The translations under genes and the position numbers were made by a program. This document shows, one piece after another, positions 28,241 through 37,645 of a stretch of 64,000 nt of DNA (positions within the stretch are counted from its first letter, which is position 1; each line of letters opens with the position of its first letter). The stretch covers positions 256,001 to 320,000 of the forward strand of contig CAVTRY010000011.1 in NCBI GenBank assembly GCA_963737265.1, read 5' to 3'. Origin of the DNA: an uncultured delta proteobacterium (lineage in GTDB: Bacteria > Myxococcota_A > Polyangia > Fen-1088). A model generated the notes under the pieces. It made no database searches, had not been told where the DNA came from, and saw only the letters and a list, made by a program, of their open reading frames with translations.

Positions 28241-28917
28241 GATCGATGCTCGTCGCGCTCGTGCTCGCAGCCTTCGCGGGCTCGTGCGACTTCGCTTCTG
28301 CCTTTCAGCGCTATTGCGCGAACAACCCGCGCTGCCTGACCGACGCCGGGGCTATCGACGCCGGGATGATCGACGCGCAGGCGGCGGGGGATGCCGCCGA
28401 CGCCAACAACGGCCCGCCCATTCCGCCTCCGACCAACTGCGGACCTTCCGGCGGTTGTGCGACACCCAGTCAGGTGTGCCACCCCTTCGGCCAAGTGTGC
28501 ATGAATCTTTGCAACACCTCCGCGGACTGTCCACCGTACCTCGACACCTGTGTCGAGATTCGGGATCCCGCCGGCAATGTGCGCACGCCCAAGGTGTGCA
28601 CCTGCACCAGCGCCCAGGTCTGCAATACCTACTCGGCTGGTTTCACCTGCAATCCGGCGGACAGCTTGTGCGAGCCCCTATGCGCCAGCGGAGGAGACTG
28701 CGCCATGTACCAGCCCCCACGCTTTTGCGATCAGCTGAGCGGGTTGTGCCAAAGTACGATACCGTCCTGCTCGAGTGGCGCCGACTGTTCCCCCGGTCAG
28801 CCACGCTGCGATCCCGTCACGCTCCGGTGCACCGGCTGCGTGACCGACTCCGATTGCTCGGGCCGCCTCGACGGCCTGGTGACCTGCGGGGTGTCCGGAA
28901 GTTGCGTAGTGCCCTAG
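28237..28917 (+). CDS. Cys-rich lipoprotein
   Basis: Lipobox FAGSC, repeated CxxxxDC modules, GTGA overlap. Confidence 0.75.
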   Translation: MRSMLVALVLAAFAGSCDFASAFQRYCANNPRCLTDAGAIDAGMIDAQAAGDAADANNGPPIPPPTNCGPSGGCATPSQVCHPFGQVCMNLCNTSADCPPYLDTCVEIRDPAGNVRTPKVCTCTSAQVCNTYSAGFTCNPADSLCEPLCASGGDCAMYQPPRFCDQLSGLCQSTIPSCSSGADCSPGQPRCDPVTLRCTGCVTDSDCSGRLDGLVTCGVSGSCVVP

Positions 28918-29027
28918 CGTCGAGGCGGCTGAAACTATTTCTTAGGGGCACGTCGAGTTGAGCGCAGCCGGCGCGAGCGTGGTTGTCACATTGGTCTGGA
29001 GGTAAGCCGGGGTATTCTCTTGTGCGT

Positions 29028-30830
29028 TCAGCCCGGCGGCAGGATCATCATCACCATCGCACTCGGGGGAAGGTCGATGGTGAACGCGTTGGTGCCGGCT
29101 TGCGCGACGCCTGCGAGCGTGGGTAGCGTGTCCGCACCCGGGTTCGCGACACCGTTGATTTGAAGCCCGACGGCCTCCTGCGGCGCATTGCCGGGGGCAT
29201 TGCCAGCCGGAAGGAGAACCCATTTCGTGCCCGTCGCCGCCGCGCCAAAGCCAGCCACATTCACCGTGGCCGCGATGTCCGTGGCCGGGTCATTGTTCAC
29301 GAGAAAGAGCGTGAGGTTTCCGGCGGTGTCCTTGGCCGCGTAGGCCCGCAAGGAGGCATTGGCGCTTGTCGCTGCCACCTGCGAGGCTCCGAATTTTTGG
29401 GAAAGAAGGTAGTATGTGTAGTAGTCGGGAACCGGATTGTAGTTGGAGGTCAGGCCATTCTTGAGATCCCACTTGTTCGCTCCGACCCAACCGTTCGAGG
29501 CCAGCTCCAACAGCAGCTGCGAGTCGAACATCGCTTCGACATACAGGCTTCCCAAGTCGCCCGCCCCTTGCGTCGATTGGAATTCCGTCATCCGGTAGGG
29601 GATCTTCCCCACGTACGCCGCACCGTAGACCTGCGACACCATGCCATTGACCGCCGTGGTAAAGGTCGCGATTTGGCCCACGGCGTCCAACACACCCTTG
29701 TCGAGTGTCGGGCCCGCGACGGTACCGCCGCCCATGGTGAAGGGATAGTCGTGGACGATGAGGTAGTCGGGGACGAGTCCCTTGGCCTTGATTGCGGATA
29801 GCACGCCGACCGTCCACCCGGGGACGTAATTGTCCGCCATCGCAACGGCTCCGATAAGGATAGTCGAATCGACCGCTTTCATGGCGTTGTAGTAGTCGGC
29901 GAATTCGTTGCCGTAGGTTGTGGCGTCCGTATGTCCCTGCTCCCAGGATCCATAGTCCTCGTTGCCAATTTCCCACACCTGGGCGGCGTAGTGGTTGGTG
30001 ACGTTCATGTAAGTCACCCACTGCGCCGCCAGGCTAACCGCTTGATTGTGGGTGTATTGGGTGTTGCACCAGTAGCCGCTGAAGTTGACGATCGGCTGCA
30101 TGTGGGCGCCGAAGCTCGAAATAAACGCGATCGCCTGGTCGGTCGTGGAGGCTCCCCCGGAACATTGGGTATTGTTCCACGCGACGATGTCGCCCCACGA
30201 TCCGCCCGGCCAACGAACCTGAGGGTATCCGACAAGCTTCATCCGGTCCTCCCAAGTGGATTCTCCCGAGTTCACCAAGGAATTCCACGCCTCGATATTG
30301 GTGCTAAAGATGTCGCGCGGGATCGTGCGAAGCACCGACGAGGCATCGACAGCGACCACCGGGTGGGCAAATCCGGAAGTTCCACCCGATGACACCGCGC
30401 CATCCCGTCCAGTACCGGCGTCGCTCCCACCCGTCGTATTTCCTCCGCTGCCGGAGGTGCCGCCCGATGCCGGTTGCCCGCCAGAGCTGGTCGCACCGCC
30501 GCCTGTCCCCGTTGTGCCACCCGTGGCTGGTGCGCCGCCGCTTGTCGAGCCCGCGATCCCGCCCGCGCTGGTCGTTCCGCCAGTAACCTGCTGTCCACCT
30601 GTCCTTGCCGTGCCGCCCGTAGCAGGCGCGCCGCCGCTTGCCGAGCCCGCGGCCCCGCCAGCGCTGATCGTTCCGCCCGAGCCTTGCGCTCCGCCCGTGC
30701 GCTGGCTTCCGCCGGCCGCGCCCGTGGTACCACCACTCTGTGTTCCCGCTGCAGGCGTGGTGTTCCCGCATCCTCCGATCGAGAGAGCGACCAGAGTGGT
30801 GGCAGCAAGAGCAAACAGCGGTCTTCCCAT
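29028..30830 (-). CDS. Clan GH-A glycoside hydrolase lipoprotein (GH44/GH51/GH79-like)
   Basis: Lipobox IGGC, Gly/Thr linker, VRWPGGS, WEIGNE, MTEF, C-terminal beta-sandwich. Confidence 0.75.
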   Translation of the reverse strand: MGRPLFALAATTLVALSIGGCGNTTPAAGTQSGGTTGAAGGSQRTGGAQGSGGTISAGGAAGSASGGAPATGGTARTGGQQVTGGTTSAGGIAGSTSGGAPATGGTTGTGGGATSSGGQPASGGTSGSGGNTTGGSDAGTGRDGAVSSGGTSGFAHPVVAVDASSVLRTIPRDIFSTNIEAWNSLVNSGESTWEDRMKLVGYPQVRWPGGSWGDIVAWNNTQCSGGASTTDQAIAFISSFGAHMQPIVNFSGYWCNTQYTHNQAVSLAAQWVTYMNVTNHYAAQVWEIGNEDYGSWEQGHTDATTYGNEFADYYNAMKAVDSTILIGAVAMADNYVPGWTVGVLSAIKAKGLVPDYLIVHDYPFTMGGGTVAGPTLDKGVLDAVGQIATFTTAVNGMVSQVYGAAYVGKIPYRMTEFQSTQGAGDLGSLYVEAMFDSQLLLELASNGWVGANKWDLKNGLTSNYNPVPDYYTYYLLSQKFGASQVAATSANASLRAYAAKDTAGNLTLFLVNNDPATDIAATVNVAGFGAAATGTKWVLLPAGNAPGNAPQEAVGLQINGVANPGADTLPTLAGVAQAGTNAFTIDLPPSAMVMMILPPG

Positions 30831-31066
30831 AGCGAGGCCCTTTCACGGCGTCAAAATAGTCCACCTCGGTAATGTGCGGGTACGTGGCGAACCTTCTAGT
30901 GCGGGAGAAGACGTCGTTTACTGGATAGTAAGGGCGCGCCACCGTCGCGCCGGCGAGTGCGGCGGTCGTGTATAGTCTTGACCGAGGCGCCGTTTTGAAA
31001 CGTATCCTTCCAGTGGGCGTCAAAATCATCACCTTGGTAGCCCCTTGATGGGATACACTGGCTGCC

Positions 31067-31942
31067 GTGACAGAGACAGCGCCATCAGGCGACGGCATGG
31101 GCGGCAGTATCGATCTCATCGCAGCGATGTCCAAGCAAACCAGCGCGGGACAGCAAGAACTCGCGACGCCGACGCACCTCGGAGGCATTGGTCGCGGCCG
31201 GAACATGGCACTCGTCCTTCTATTGTTCGCGGCCCTCCTTTTCGCCGCCTTTTGCGAGGGCTACCTTCCCCTGATCTCGCTGCCGTTTGGGCTCTCACTG
31301 GTCGGCGGTCTGGCGTTGGCTATGTGGCTCGCCATGCGGACATCCACGGCGCGAATGTTGGCCCTGTTGCTTTCGATCTTCTTCATCGAATACGCCAAAG
31401 AGACCATCGGCATTCGGTCGGGACTGTGGGTGTATCACGGCGTTCGAGGGCAATACCTCTTCGGCGTTCTGGCGTGGGTCGTCGCAGGAGTATCGACGCA
31501 CGCTCTTTCGACGGGTGTCGCCATCCCACTTCTGCGGCGGCTCGACCTTAAGGCTCCACGCTGGCTAGGCTCGGCGACGCTGGTTGGGTTGTTCGCATTG
31601 GTTCCGCTGACGCTGGGTCCGTACTGGGCTGGCACGGGAGCTCTCTTCTGGTCTTTCTACGCATTCATGCTGGCGGCGACGCTGCGCGGGACGCTGCGAA
31701 TGCCTTTCCCCGTGTTCGGTGCCATCGCTGTTTCTGCGTGGCTGGTGGGCAACCCGGGCGAATTCCTGGGATCGGTCAGCAGCGGTGCTTGGACGTTCCC
31801 GCACAATCCCGACTACCCGCCCTTCTTCTTGCTGGCCAGTTGCTGGCCGCTGGAGATCCTCGCCCAGTATTCCCTGTCCGCCTTTCTCGCCGGCGAGCCG
31901 CTCGTCGACAAGGTGCCATCCAGCAAAGGATCCCACGCATGA
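31067..31942 (+). CDS. Multi-pass membrane protein of unknown function
   Basis: About 8 hydrophobic helices with an internal two-fold motif E.IG...GLW.Y / EFLG...GAW.F. Confidence 0.65.
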   Translation: MTETAPSGDGMGGSIDLIAAMSKQTSAGQQELATPTHLGGIGRGRNMALVLLLFAALLFAAFCEGYLPLISLPFGLSLVGGLALAMWLAMRTSTARMLALLLSIFFIEYAKETIGIRSGLWVYHGVRGQYLFGVLAWVVAGVSTHALSTGVAIPLLRRLDLKAPRWLGSATLVGLFALVPLTLGPYWAGTGALFWSFYAFMLAATLRGTLRMPFPVFGAIAVSAWLVGNPGEFLGSVSSGAWTFPHNPDYPPFFLLASCWPLEILAQYSLSAFLAGEPLVDKVPSSKGSHA

Positions 31943-33477
31943 CCCATCTGTCGGCCGACGAAAAGACCCTGCGGAGTTTGCTGAAAATAAGCGGCGTCAC
32001 CTACTTGCTCGTCGGTTTCGCCTTCGCGCTGGTGCCGGATCCGATCCTGTCGGCCATCAATTCCCTTTCCCGCGCGGTCACGCCCGGGTTGCCTGAGACG
32101 GCGCCGTCTCAGGAGAGATTCTGGGTTGCCCTGGCCTTCTCGATGATGATGACCATCACCGCGTTGTGTTTCATCGCCGCGCACAACGTTCGTCGCAACA
32201 AAGGCTACGTCGTTTGCCTGCTGATTTCGAAGGCGGCCTCGACCCTCTCGGCCTTGGCCTTCTTCGTCCTTTCCGAACACCAGCTCGCCAGTCTGGTGAT
32301 CGTGGCGGTCGACGGCTCGATCTTCTGGATCACGCTTGCGTTCTTCCTGCGCGCCCAACGTGCGTTCTTTCGCGACCAGACGGATTTCTTGAACAAAAAG
32401 CCCCCCACACCGCCCAGTTCCGGACCCACGACGGTTGCCGCTATTTGCGGCGGCGACAAGCTCGACTGCTTGGACAAGGTTTTGGCCGAGACCGACTTCT
32501 TCGACGTACTGGAGAAGCGTTGGGCTGCCTCGGGCAAGGCGCGCGACGCCTTCAGCGTCGTCATCAAGCCGAACTTCATGTTCACGCACTCGAAGAGCGA
32601 CACGTCGTCGTATACGGATCCAGCCCTGGTCGAGGCCCTGGTCGACCGCATCGCCGCCAAGGGCTTTACGCGCGTCACGCTGGTCGAGGCGCAGAGTACC
32701 TATGGAAACTACTATCGCAACCGCGAGGTCGTGAAGGTCGCAGAGCACGTCGGCTATGCGCGCAATCGGAACTACGGCATCGTCGATCTGACGGAGGAGA
32801 TGGTTCCGCACGACTACGGAGGTCGCCTGGGCAAACACGTCATCGGCCCGACCTGGCGCGACGCCGATTTCCGCATCTCGTTTGCCAAGAACAAGACCCA
32901 CATCTTCTGCAACTACACCCTCACGCTGAAAAACGTCTACGGCACGCTGCCGATGCAGAACAAGCTGAAGGAGTACCACACCAAACGTGAGTACGATTGG
33001 CCCACCATCGAGACGCTGAAGCACTTCCCGGTTCACTACGGCCTCGTCGACGCCTTCACCAGCGCGGATGGTCAGTTCGGTGTCATCACCGACCCCAAGC
33101 CCAACCCGACCCGAACCATCATCGGCGGGGAGAACCTGCTGGCGGTCGACTGGGTCGGGGCGAAAAAGATGGGTCTCGATCCCGACGATCCCAGCGTTGG
33201 GCGCTTCCTTCCGCTCGCGGTGCAGGCTTTCGGAAAGCCTGAGATTCGCTGGGTCGGCGATACGTCGACCTACGAAAATTGGCACAACGTCAACGCCGCA
33301 TTCATCCGCTCGCTCGATCTGGTGGAAGAGGCGTACGCCTTTAGTAACTGGTGGTTCTCGGTCCTCACGGCGATGGATCCCTACTTCGCCTTCAAGATAA
33401 GAGCCTGGCCGATTCTCGTGATGCGCAGGTTGCTCGCGCCTTTCAAACGCTTGCTCTATCCCCACGACGCCCTCTAG
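31939..33477 (+). CDS. DUF362-domain protein with N-terminal 4-TM region
   Basis: VVIKPNF, TDPALVEAL, KNKTH, TLTLKNVYG, LLAVDWVGAKKMG. ATGA overlap. Confidence 0.75.
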   Translation: MTHLSADEKTLRSLLKISGVTYLLVGFAFALVPDPILSAINSLSRAVTPGLPETAPSQERFWVALAFSMMMTITALCFIAAHNVRRNKGYVVCLLISKAASTLSALAFFVLSEHQLASLVIVAVDGSIFWITLAFFLRAQRAFFRDQTDFLNKKPPTPPSSGPTTVAAICGGDKLDCLDKVLAETDFFDVLEKRWAASGKARDAFSVVIKPNFMFTHSKSDTSSYTDPALVEALVDRIAAKGFTRVTLVEAQSTYGNYYRNREVVKVAEHVGYARNRNYGIVDLTEEMVPHDYGGRLGKHVIGPTWRDADFRISFAKNKTHIFCNYTLTLKNVYGTLPMQNKLKEYHTKREYDWPTIETLKHFPVHYGLVDAFTSADGQFGVITDPKPNPTRTIIGGENLLAVDWVGAKKMGLDPDDPSVGRFLPLAVQAFGKPEIRWVGDTSTYENWHNVNAAFIRSLDLVEEAYAFSNWWFSVLTAMDPYFAFKIRAWPILVMRRLLAPFKRLLYPHDAL

Positions 33478-33627
33478 CCGCGCGGAGCCCACGGAGCGCA
33501 AGAAGCGCGCGGAGCGCACGGAGATCAATGGACAGCGACGTGCGCTTCAGAAGGCCCTGCCTGGCATATTATTGTTCCTGCCGTCGCCATGATACGGTAG
33601 CAGACGGCTCGGGAATTTTGGTGCATC

Positions 33628-36600
33628 ATGATGTTCGCGGGAATATCGAGATTCAAGCCTGTCCGTCTCCTCGGCACCGGGGGGATGGGCAGCGTGCACC
33701 TAGTTCATGACGAGCAGCTTGGCACCGAGGTCGCGCTCAAGACCCTCAATCTGTTGGGCGGAAAGGATCTCTACCGATTCAAGCGCGAATTCCGATCCCT
33801 GGCGGACATCAAGCACCCGAACCTGGTGACGCTGTACGAGCTCATCTCGGAGAACGCGCAGTGGTTCTTTACGATGGAATACGTGGCGGGGTTGCCGTTC
33901 GATCGCTACCTGCTCGCGCAGCCTTTCCTGCCTCCCTCGGCGGGAGCCTTGCCTGCGGCGCAGCCAGAACCTCCTGATCTGTCCTCGCAGGCGAACCATC
34001 AGCGCATGTTTTGTGCGATCCAGCAGCTTTGCGCCGGAGTTCATGCCGTCCACGAGGCCGGGTCTATTCATCGCGATCTGAAACCATCCAACGTGCTGGT
34101 GACCGCCGAGGGCCGGGTTGTGATTTTGGATTTCGGATTGGCCAAGCAAACGGGCAGCCATTCCTTGTCCGACGAAGGATTGTCGGGGACTCCGGCCTAC
34201 ATGGCCCCCGAGCAGGCTCTAGAGAAGGAGTGTCTGCCGGCTGCGGACTGGTATGCCGTGGGAACAATGATCTACGAGGTATTGACGGGCCGTTGTCCCT
34301 TCGAAGGTACCTTGCTCGAAGTTCTACTCAAGAAACAATCGGAAGACCCACCCGCCCCGTGCCAAATCAACAAGCGCGCCGACGAGCTGCTGAGCGATCT
34401 GTGTATGGAGCTTATCCAGCGCGATCCGGCCAAGCGCCCGACTGGCGCGGAAATTCTCGTGCAACTCGGCGCCGTGTACCGCAAGCCCGTGCTGGCCCAG
34501 ACCGGCCACCTCACCCCGATCGGCATGCCCGCGCAGAGTGTGCTTGGCCGCGAGGCGGAGTTGCAGGCCCTCTATCGCGCCTACGCATCGATGCGCAAGG
34601 GGAACCTTGCCGTGGTGGCGGTGCAAGGAACCTCCGGGATCGGCAAGACCTGCCTCGTCGAGAGCTTTCTCGAGGACGTGCTGAGCTCGGGTCCGGCGTC
34701 CTTGCGCCCGCTGGTGTTGCGCGGGCGCTGTCACGAGCGCGAAACCTTGCCGTTCAAGGCTTTCGACAGCGTCGTCGATGCCTTGAGCTATCGCTTAGCC
34801 AACCTCACTGGAGACGATCAGGCCTACGTCTTGCCGGACGGCATCTTGTACCTGTCCGAAATATTCCCGGTCTTACGCAGGCTCAAGCTCATCGAGCAAG
34901 AACGCTACTTCTTGCCACCCCTGCGTGACGCCAAGGAGTTGCGCAACCAAGCGTTTGTTGCCTTTTGCGATCTGCTGGTGCGTATGGCGCGCATGCAACC
35001 TGTGGTTGTTTTCATCGATGATTTACAGTGGGCAGACCGTGACAGTTGTGCCCTCTTGCGCACCTTGGTGCAGCAGCCAGGCGCGCCGGCCTTGCTCCTC
35101 GTCGTGAGCAGTCGTCTTGTCGCCGACGGCAGCCCAGGCATCATCGGAGCCCTGTTGCAGGAATTCGAGCAACGGCCCGACGCGGAAACCATCACCTTGG
35201 GTCCGCTTTCGGTAGACAACACCCGAGCCCTGGCAGATTGCCTAATCGATGGCAACGAGATGGTGGCGGCGGTTCGGCAGCGCATCGCCGACACCGTCGC
35301 CAGCGAAGCGGGCGGCAATCCATTTTTTGCCGTCGAGCTCGTGCAACATCTTCTTAGCATGATCTTGCCCGAAGGTGGATTGACGGTGCCGTCCGATGAA
35401 AACGGTCTCGGCTTGGATGGGATGATTCTCAAACGGGTTGGCAGCTTGCCCGAGGAAAGTCAACGCATGCTAGAGGTCATCGCCGTGGCGAGCGATCCCT
35501 TGCCCCAGCGGGCGCTCGCCTGTGCCGTTGGCGTTGCCTTCGGGTCCGAGGAATGGGAACGAGGGATCTCCGCGCTCATCGAGGGGCGCCTGATCAGCCG
35601 CAGGGGCAGGCAGGGATCGGACGTCGTGGAGGTCTACCACGATCGCATCGGCGAAACAGTCGTGGCCCATCTCGATGAAGCAGTCTTGCGACAGGTGCAC
35701 TACCAGCTAGCCCAGGCCGTCGAGCAGTGTGATCGCCTACGAACGGATATGTTGGCCCGCTACTGGCTTTCGGCCCACGACAACGAGCGGGCCAAACGCT
35801 ACGCCTGCGACGCCGCTGCCGAGGCTCTCGGCAAGCTGGCGTTCGATCGTGCCGCCGAGCTCTACGAGACCGCCGCCGCATTGGAATCCGACCATGAGGC
35901 AAGAACCGAATTGCTGCGCTCCCTCGGGGATTGCCGCGCAAGCAACGGACACGCCATTTTGGCCGCGGCGGCCTATCAGCGAGCCGCCGAGAACACTAGC
36001 ACTGTTCAATCGCTGCGGCTGCACCATCTGGCGGCCGAGCAACTTCTACGGGGCGGCCAGATCGCCCAGGGCCTCGAGGTCCTCAAGGATGTGTTGAGAC
36101 AGTCCGGACTTTCCCTGGCCTCGGGCCCGCGGCGCGCCCTCCTGTCCATTGCGTGGCGCCTGCTGTGGTTGCGCCTGCGTGGGATGAGGTTCGTGGAACG
36201 GCCCGTGTCGAGCATTTCCCCTAAGAACAAGCGACTGCTGGATGTGCTTTGGTCGGTGAATATCGGCCTTGGGGTTGTGGATACCCTTCGCGCGGACGAC
36301 TTTCTGCTGCGTTTTCTGATGCTCGCTCTCAAGGTGGGGGACATTCGGCGGGTTGCCCAGGGGCTTTCGATTCTGGCGGGGCAGCTTGCGGCGCTTGGTA
36401 GCTCGCATTTTGGCTGGGCCATGCGCATCCTGTCCGAGGCAGAAGTGCTGGCGCGGCGCTCGGCGGATCCCGCCACCATTGGCTTGGCCAGAATGTGCAA
36501 GGGCGTGTACCGCTATTTCGTCGGGGAGTGGGATGCCGCGGCCAACGAGCTTTGCGCCGTCGAACAGTACTTCCTCAGTCATTGCCACGGCGTGAGTTGG

Positions 36601-37407
36601 GAGCTTGCCACCACGCGCTCGTTTGCGTGTTTCTCGTTGCGCCTGGCGGGAAGGCTCCGCGAACTGTGCGAGCGCTTCGATCGCTACACGGCCGACGCCG
36701 ATCGCACCGGCGACCGCTACTTGGCCACCAACTTACGCACCTACCCATCGGTTGTGTGGATGATCCGAGACGACGTTGCACGTGCGAGCAAGGACATTGA
36801 GGGAATATTGGACGCCTGGCCTGCCGACATGTATCAGGTGCAGCACTTCTTTTACCTCTATGCACGCTGTGAACACGCTATCTACGCCGGCCGCCCCGAG
36901 GTGGCGTCTCGGGCCATCCTCGACGAGACGCCGAAACTTCGACGGGCGGGACTGCTCAAGCTGAGAGGCCTTCGGGTAGAATACGCATGGATCTGCGGTC
37001 GCGTTGCAGTGGCCGCGGCTGAGGGTATCCCCGAAGGGGAACGTCTCCCGCATCTTCGCCAGGCCCAACAATGCGTGCGCTTCTTGAGCGAAGCCGAACA
37101 TCAGACCGCGGTGGCCATGGGCGCCGCTATCGAAGCGGGCGTACACTGGCTTTCGCCTGGGGCAGATCGTAGTGCGGCCCTGGTCGCCCTCGATCGTGCA
37201 GTGGCGACCGCCGAAGCCGCCGGTGCTATTCTGCTGGCGGAGGCAGGGCGCAGGTGGTTGGGTGAAATCATTGGGGGACGCCGTGGCGAAGAACTTCGCA
37301 TTCGGTCTCACGGCTGGATGGCCGAACAAGGCGTGCGAAACCCCGCCCGCCTAGCGTACCTTGTCGTACCGGGCTTCCGTGGGCGCGATTCGAAGCCCGT
37401 TTCTTGA
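33628..37407 (+). CDS. Ser/Thr protein kinase with AAA ATPase and helical repeat domains
   Basis: LGTGGMG, VALK, HRDLKPSN, DFG, YMAPE. Walker A GTSGIGKT, IDDLQWAD, GGNPFF. Confidence 0.93.
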   Translation: MMFAGISRFKPVRLLGTGGMGSVHLVHDEQLGTEVALKTLNLLGGKDLYRFKREFRSLADIKHPNLVTLYELISENAQWFFTMEYVAGLPFDRYLLAQPFLPPSAGALPAAQPEPPDLSSQANHQRMFCAIQQLCAGVHAVHEAGSIHRDLKPSNVLVTAEGRVVILDFGLAKQTGSHSLSDEGLSGTPAYMAPEQALEKECLPAADWYAVGTMIYEVLTGRCPFEGTLLEVLLKKQSEDPPAPCQINKRADELLSDLCMELIQRDPAKRPTGAEILVQLGAVYRKPVLAQTGHLTPIGMPAQSVLGREAELQALYRAYASMRKGNLAVVAVQGTSGIGKTCLVESFLEDVLSSGPASLRPLVLRGRCHERETLPFKAFDSVVDALSYRLANLTGDDQAYVLPDGILYLSEIFPVLRRLKLIEQERYFLPPLRDAKELRNQAFVAFCDLLVRMARMQPVVVFIDDLQWADRDSCALLRTLVQQPGAPALLLVVSSRLVADGSPGIIGALLQEFEQRPDAETITLGPLSVDNTRALADCLIDGNEMVAAVRQRIADTVASEAGGNPFFAVELVQHLLSMILPEGGLTVPSDENGLGLDGMILKRVGSLPEESQRMLEVIAVASDPLPQRALACAVGVAFGSEEWERGISALIEGRLISRRGRQGSDVVEVYHDRIGETVVAHLDEAVLRQVHYQLAQAVEQCDRLRTDMLARYWLSAHDNERAKRYACDAAAEALGKLAFDRAAELYETAAALESDHEARTELLRSLGDCRASNGHAILAAAAYQRAAENTSTVQSLRLHHLAAEQLLRGGQIAQGLEVLKDVLRQSGLSLASGPRRALLSIAWRLLWLRLRGMRFVERPVSSISPKNKRLLDVLWSVNIGLGVVDTLRADDFLLRFLMLALKVGDIRRVAQGLSILAGQLAALGSSHFGWAMRILSEAEVLARRSADPATIGLARMCKGVYRYFVGEWDAAANELCAVEQYFLSHCHGVSWELATTRSFACFSLRLAGRLRELCERFDRYTADADRTGDRYLATNLRTYPSVVWMIRDDVARASKDIEGILDAWPADMYQVQHFFYLYARCEHAIYAGRPEVASRAILDETPKLRRAGLLKLRGLRVEYAWICGRVAVAAAEGIPEGERLPHLRQAQQCVRFLSEAEHQTAVAMGAAIEAGVHWLSPGADRSAALVALDRAVATAEAAGAILLAEAGRRWLGEIIGGRRGEELRIRSHGWMAEQGVRNPARLAYLVVPGFRGRDSKPVS

Positions 37408-37645
37408 ACTGTTTCGTCACGCGGCGATGATCGACGTGGCACGGTTCAGTGCGCGAGCGTGAAGCCTGGCGCCACAGGTGGCGTGCGGAGCAGTCGCTCG
37501 TGCCCTGGGGCGCGGAGGGCGTCGGCAATCCCGGGCTCGGCGTGGGCTGAAACACTATTGTTGCAAATCCTTTCGTGCGGTGGGGAATCGAACCAGCGAA
37601 ACCGTCGATTCACATTGCATTCCACAGCTCTATCGGAGGCCAAGC

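Noticed and set aside
33478-33525. Short GGAGCGC-type repeats after the DUF362 gene
   Set aside because: Too short and irregular for a CRISPR array. At most a REP-like low-complexity tract.
15056-33528. Long antisense or alternative-frame ORFs (e.g. 15056..16825, 18682..20532, 21090..23093, 31813..33528)
   Set aside because: Shadow ORFs of real genes, expected at high GC, with no recognisable motifs.
37548-37622. TTGCAA/TTGCAT half-sites upstream of the phosphoesterase operon as a fifth Zur box
   Set aside because: Only half-sites; the palindromic partner arm is absent.
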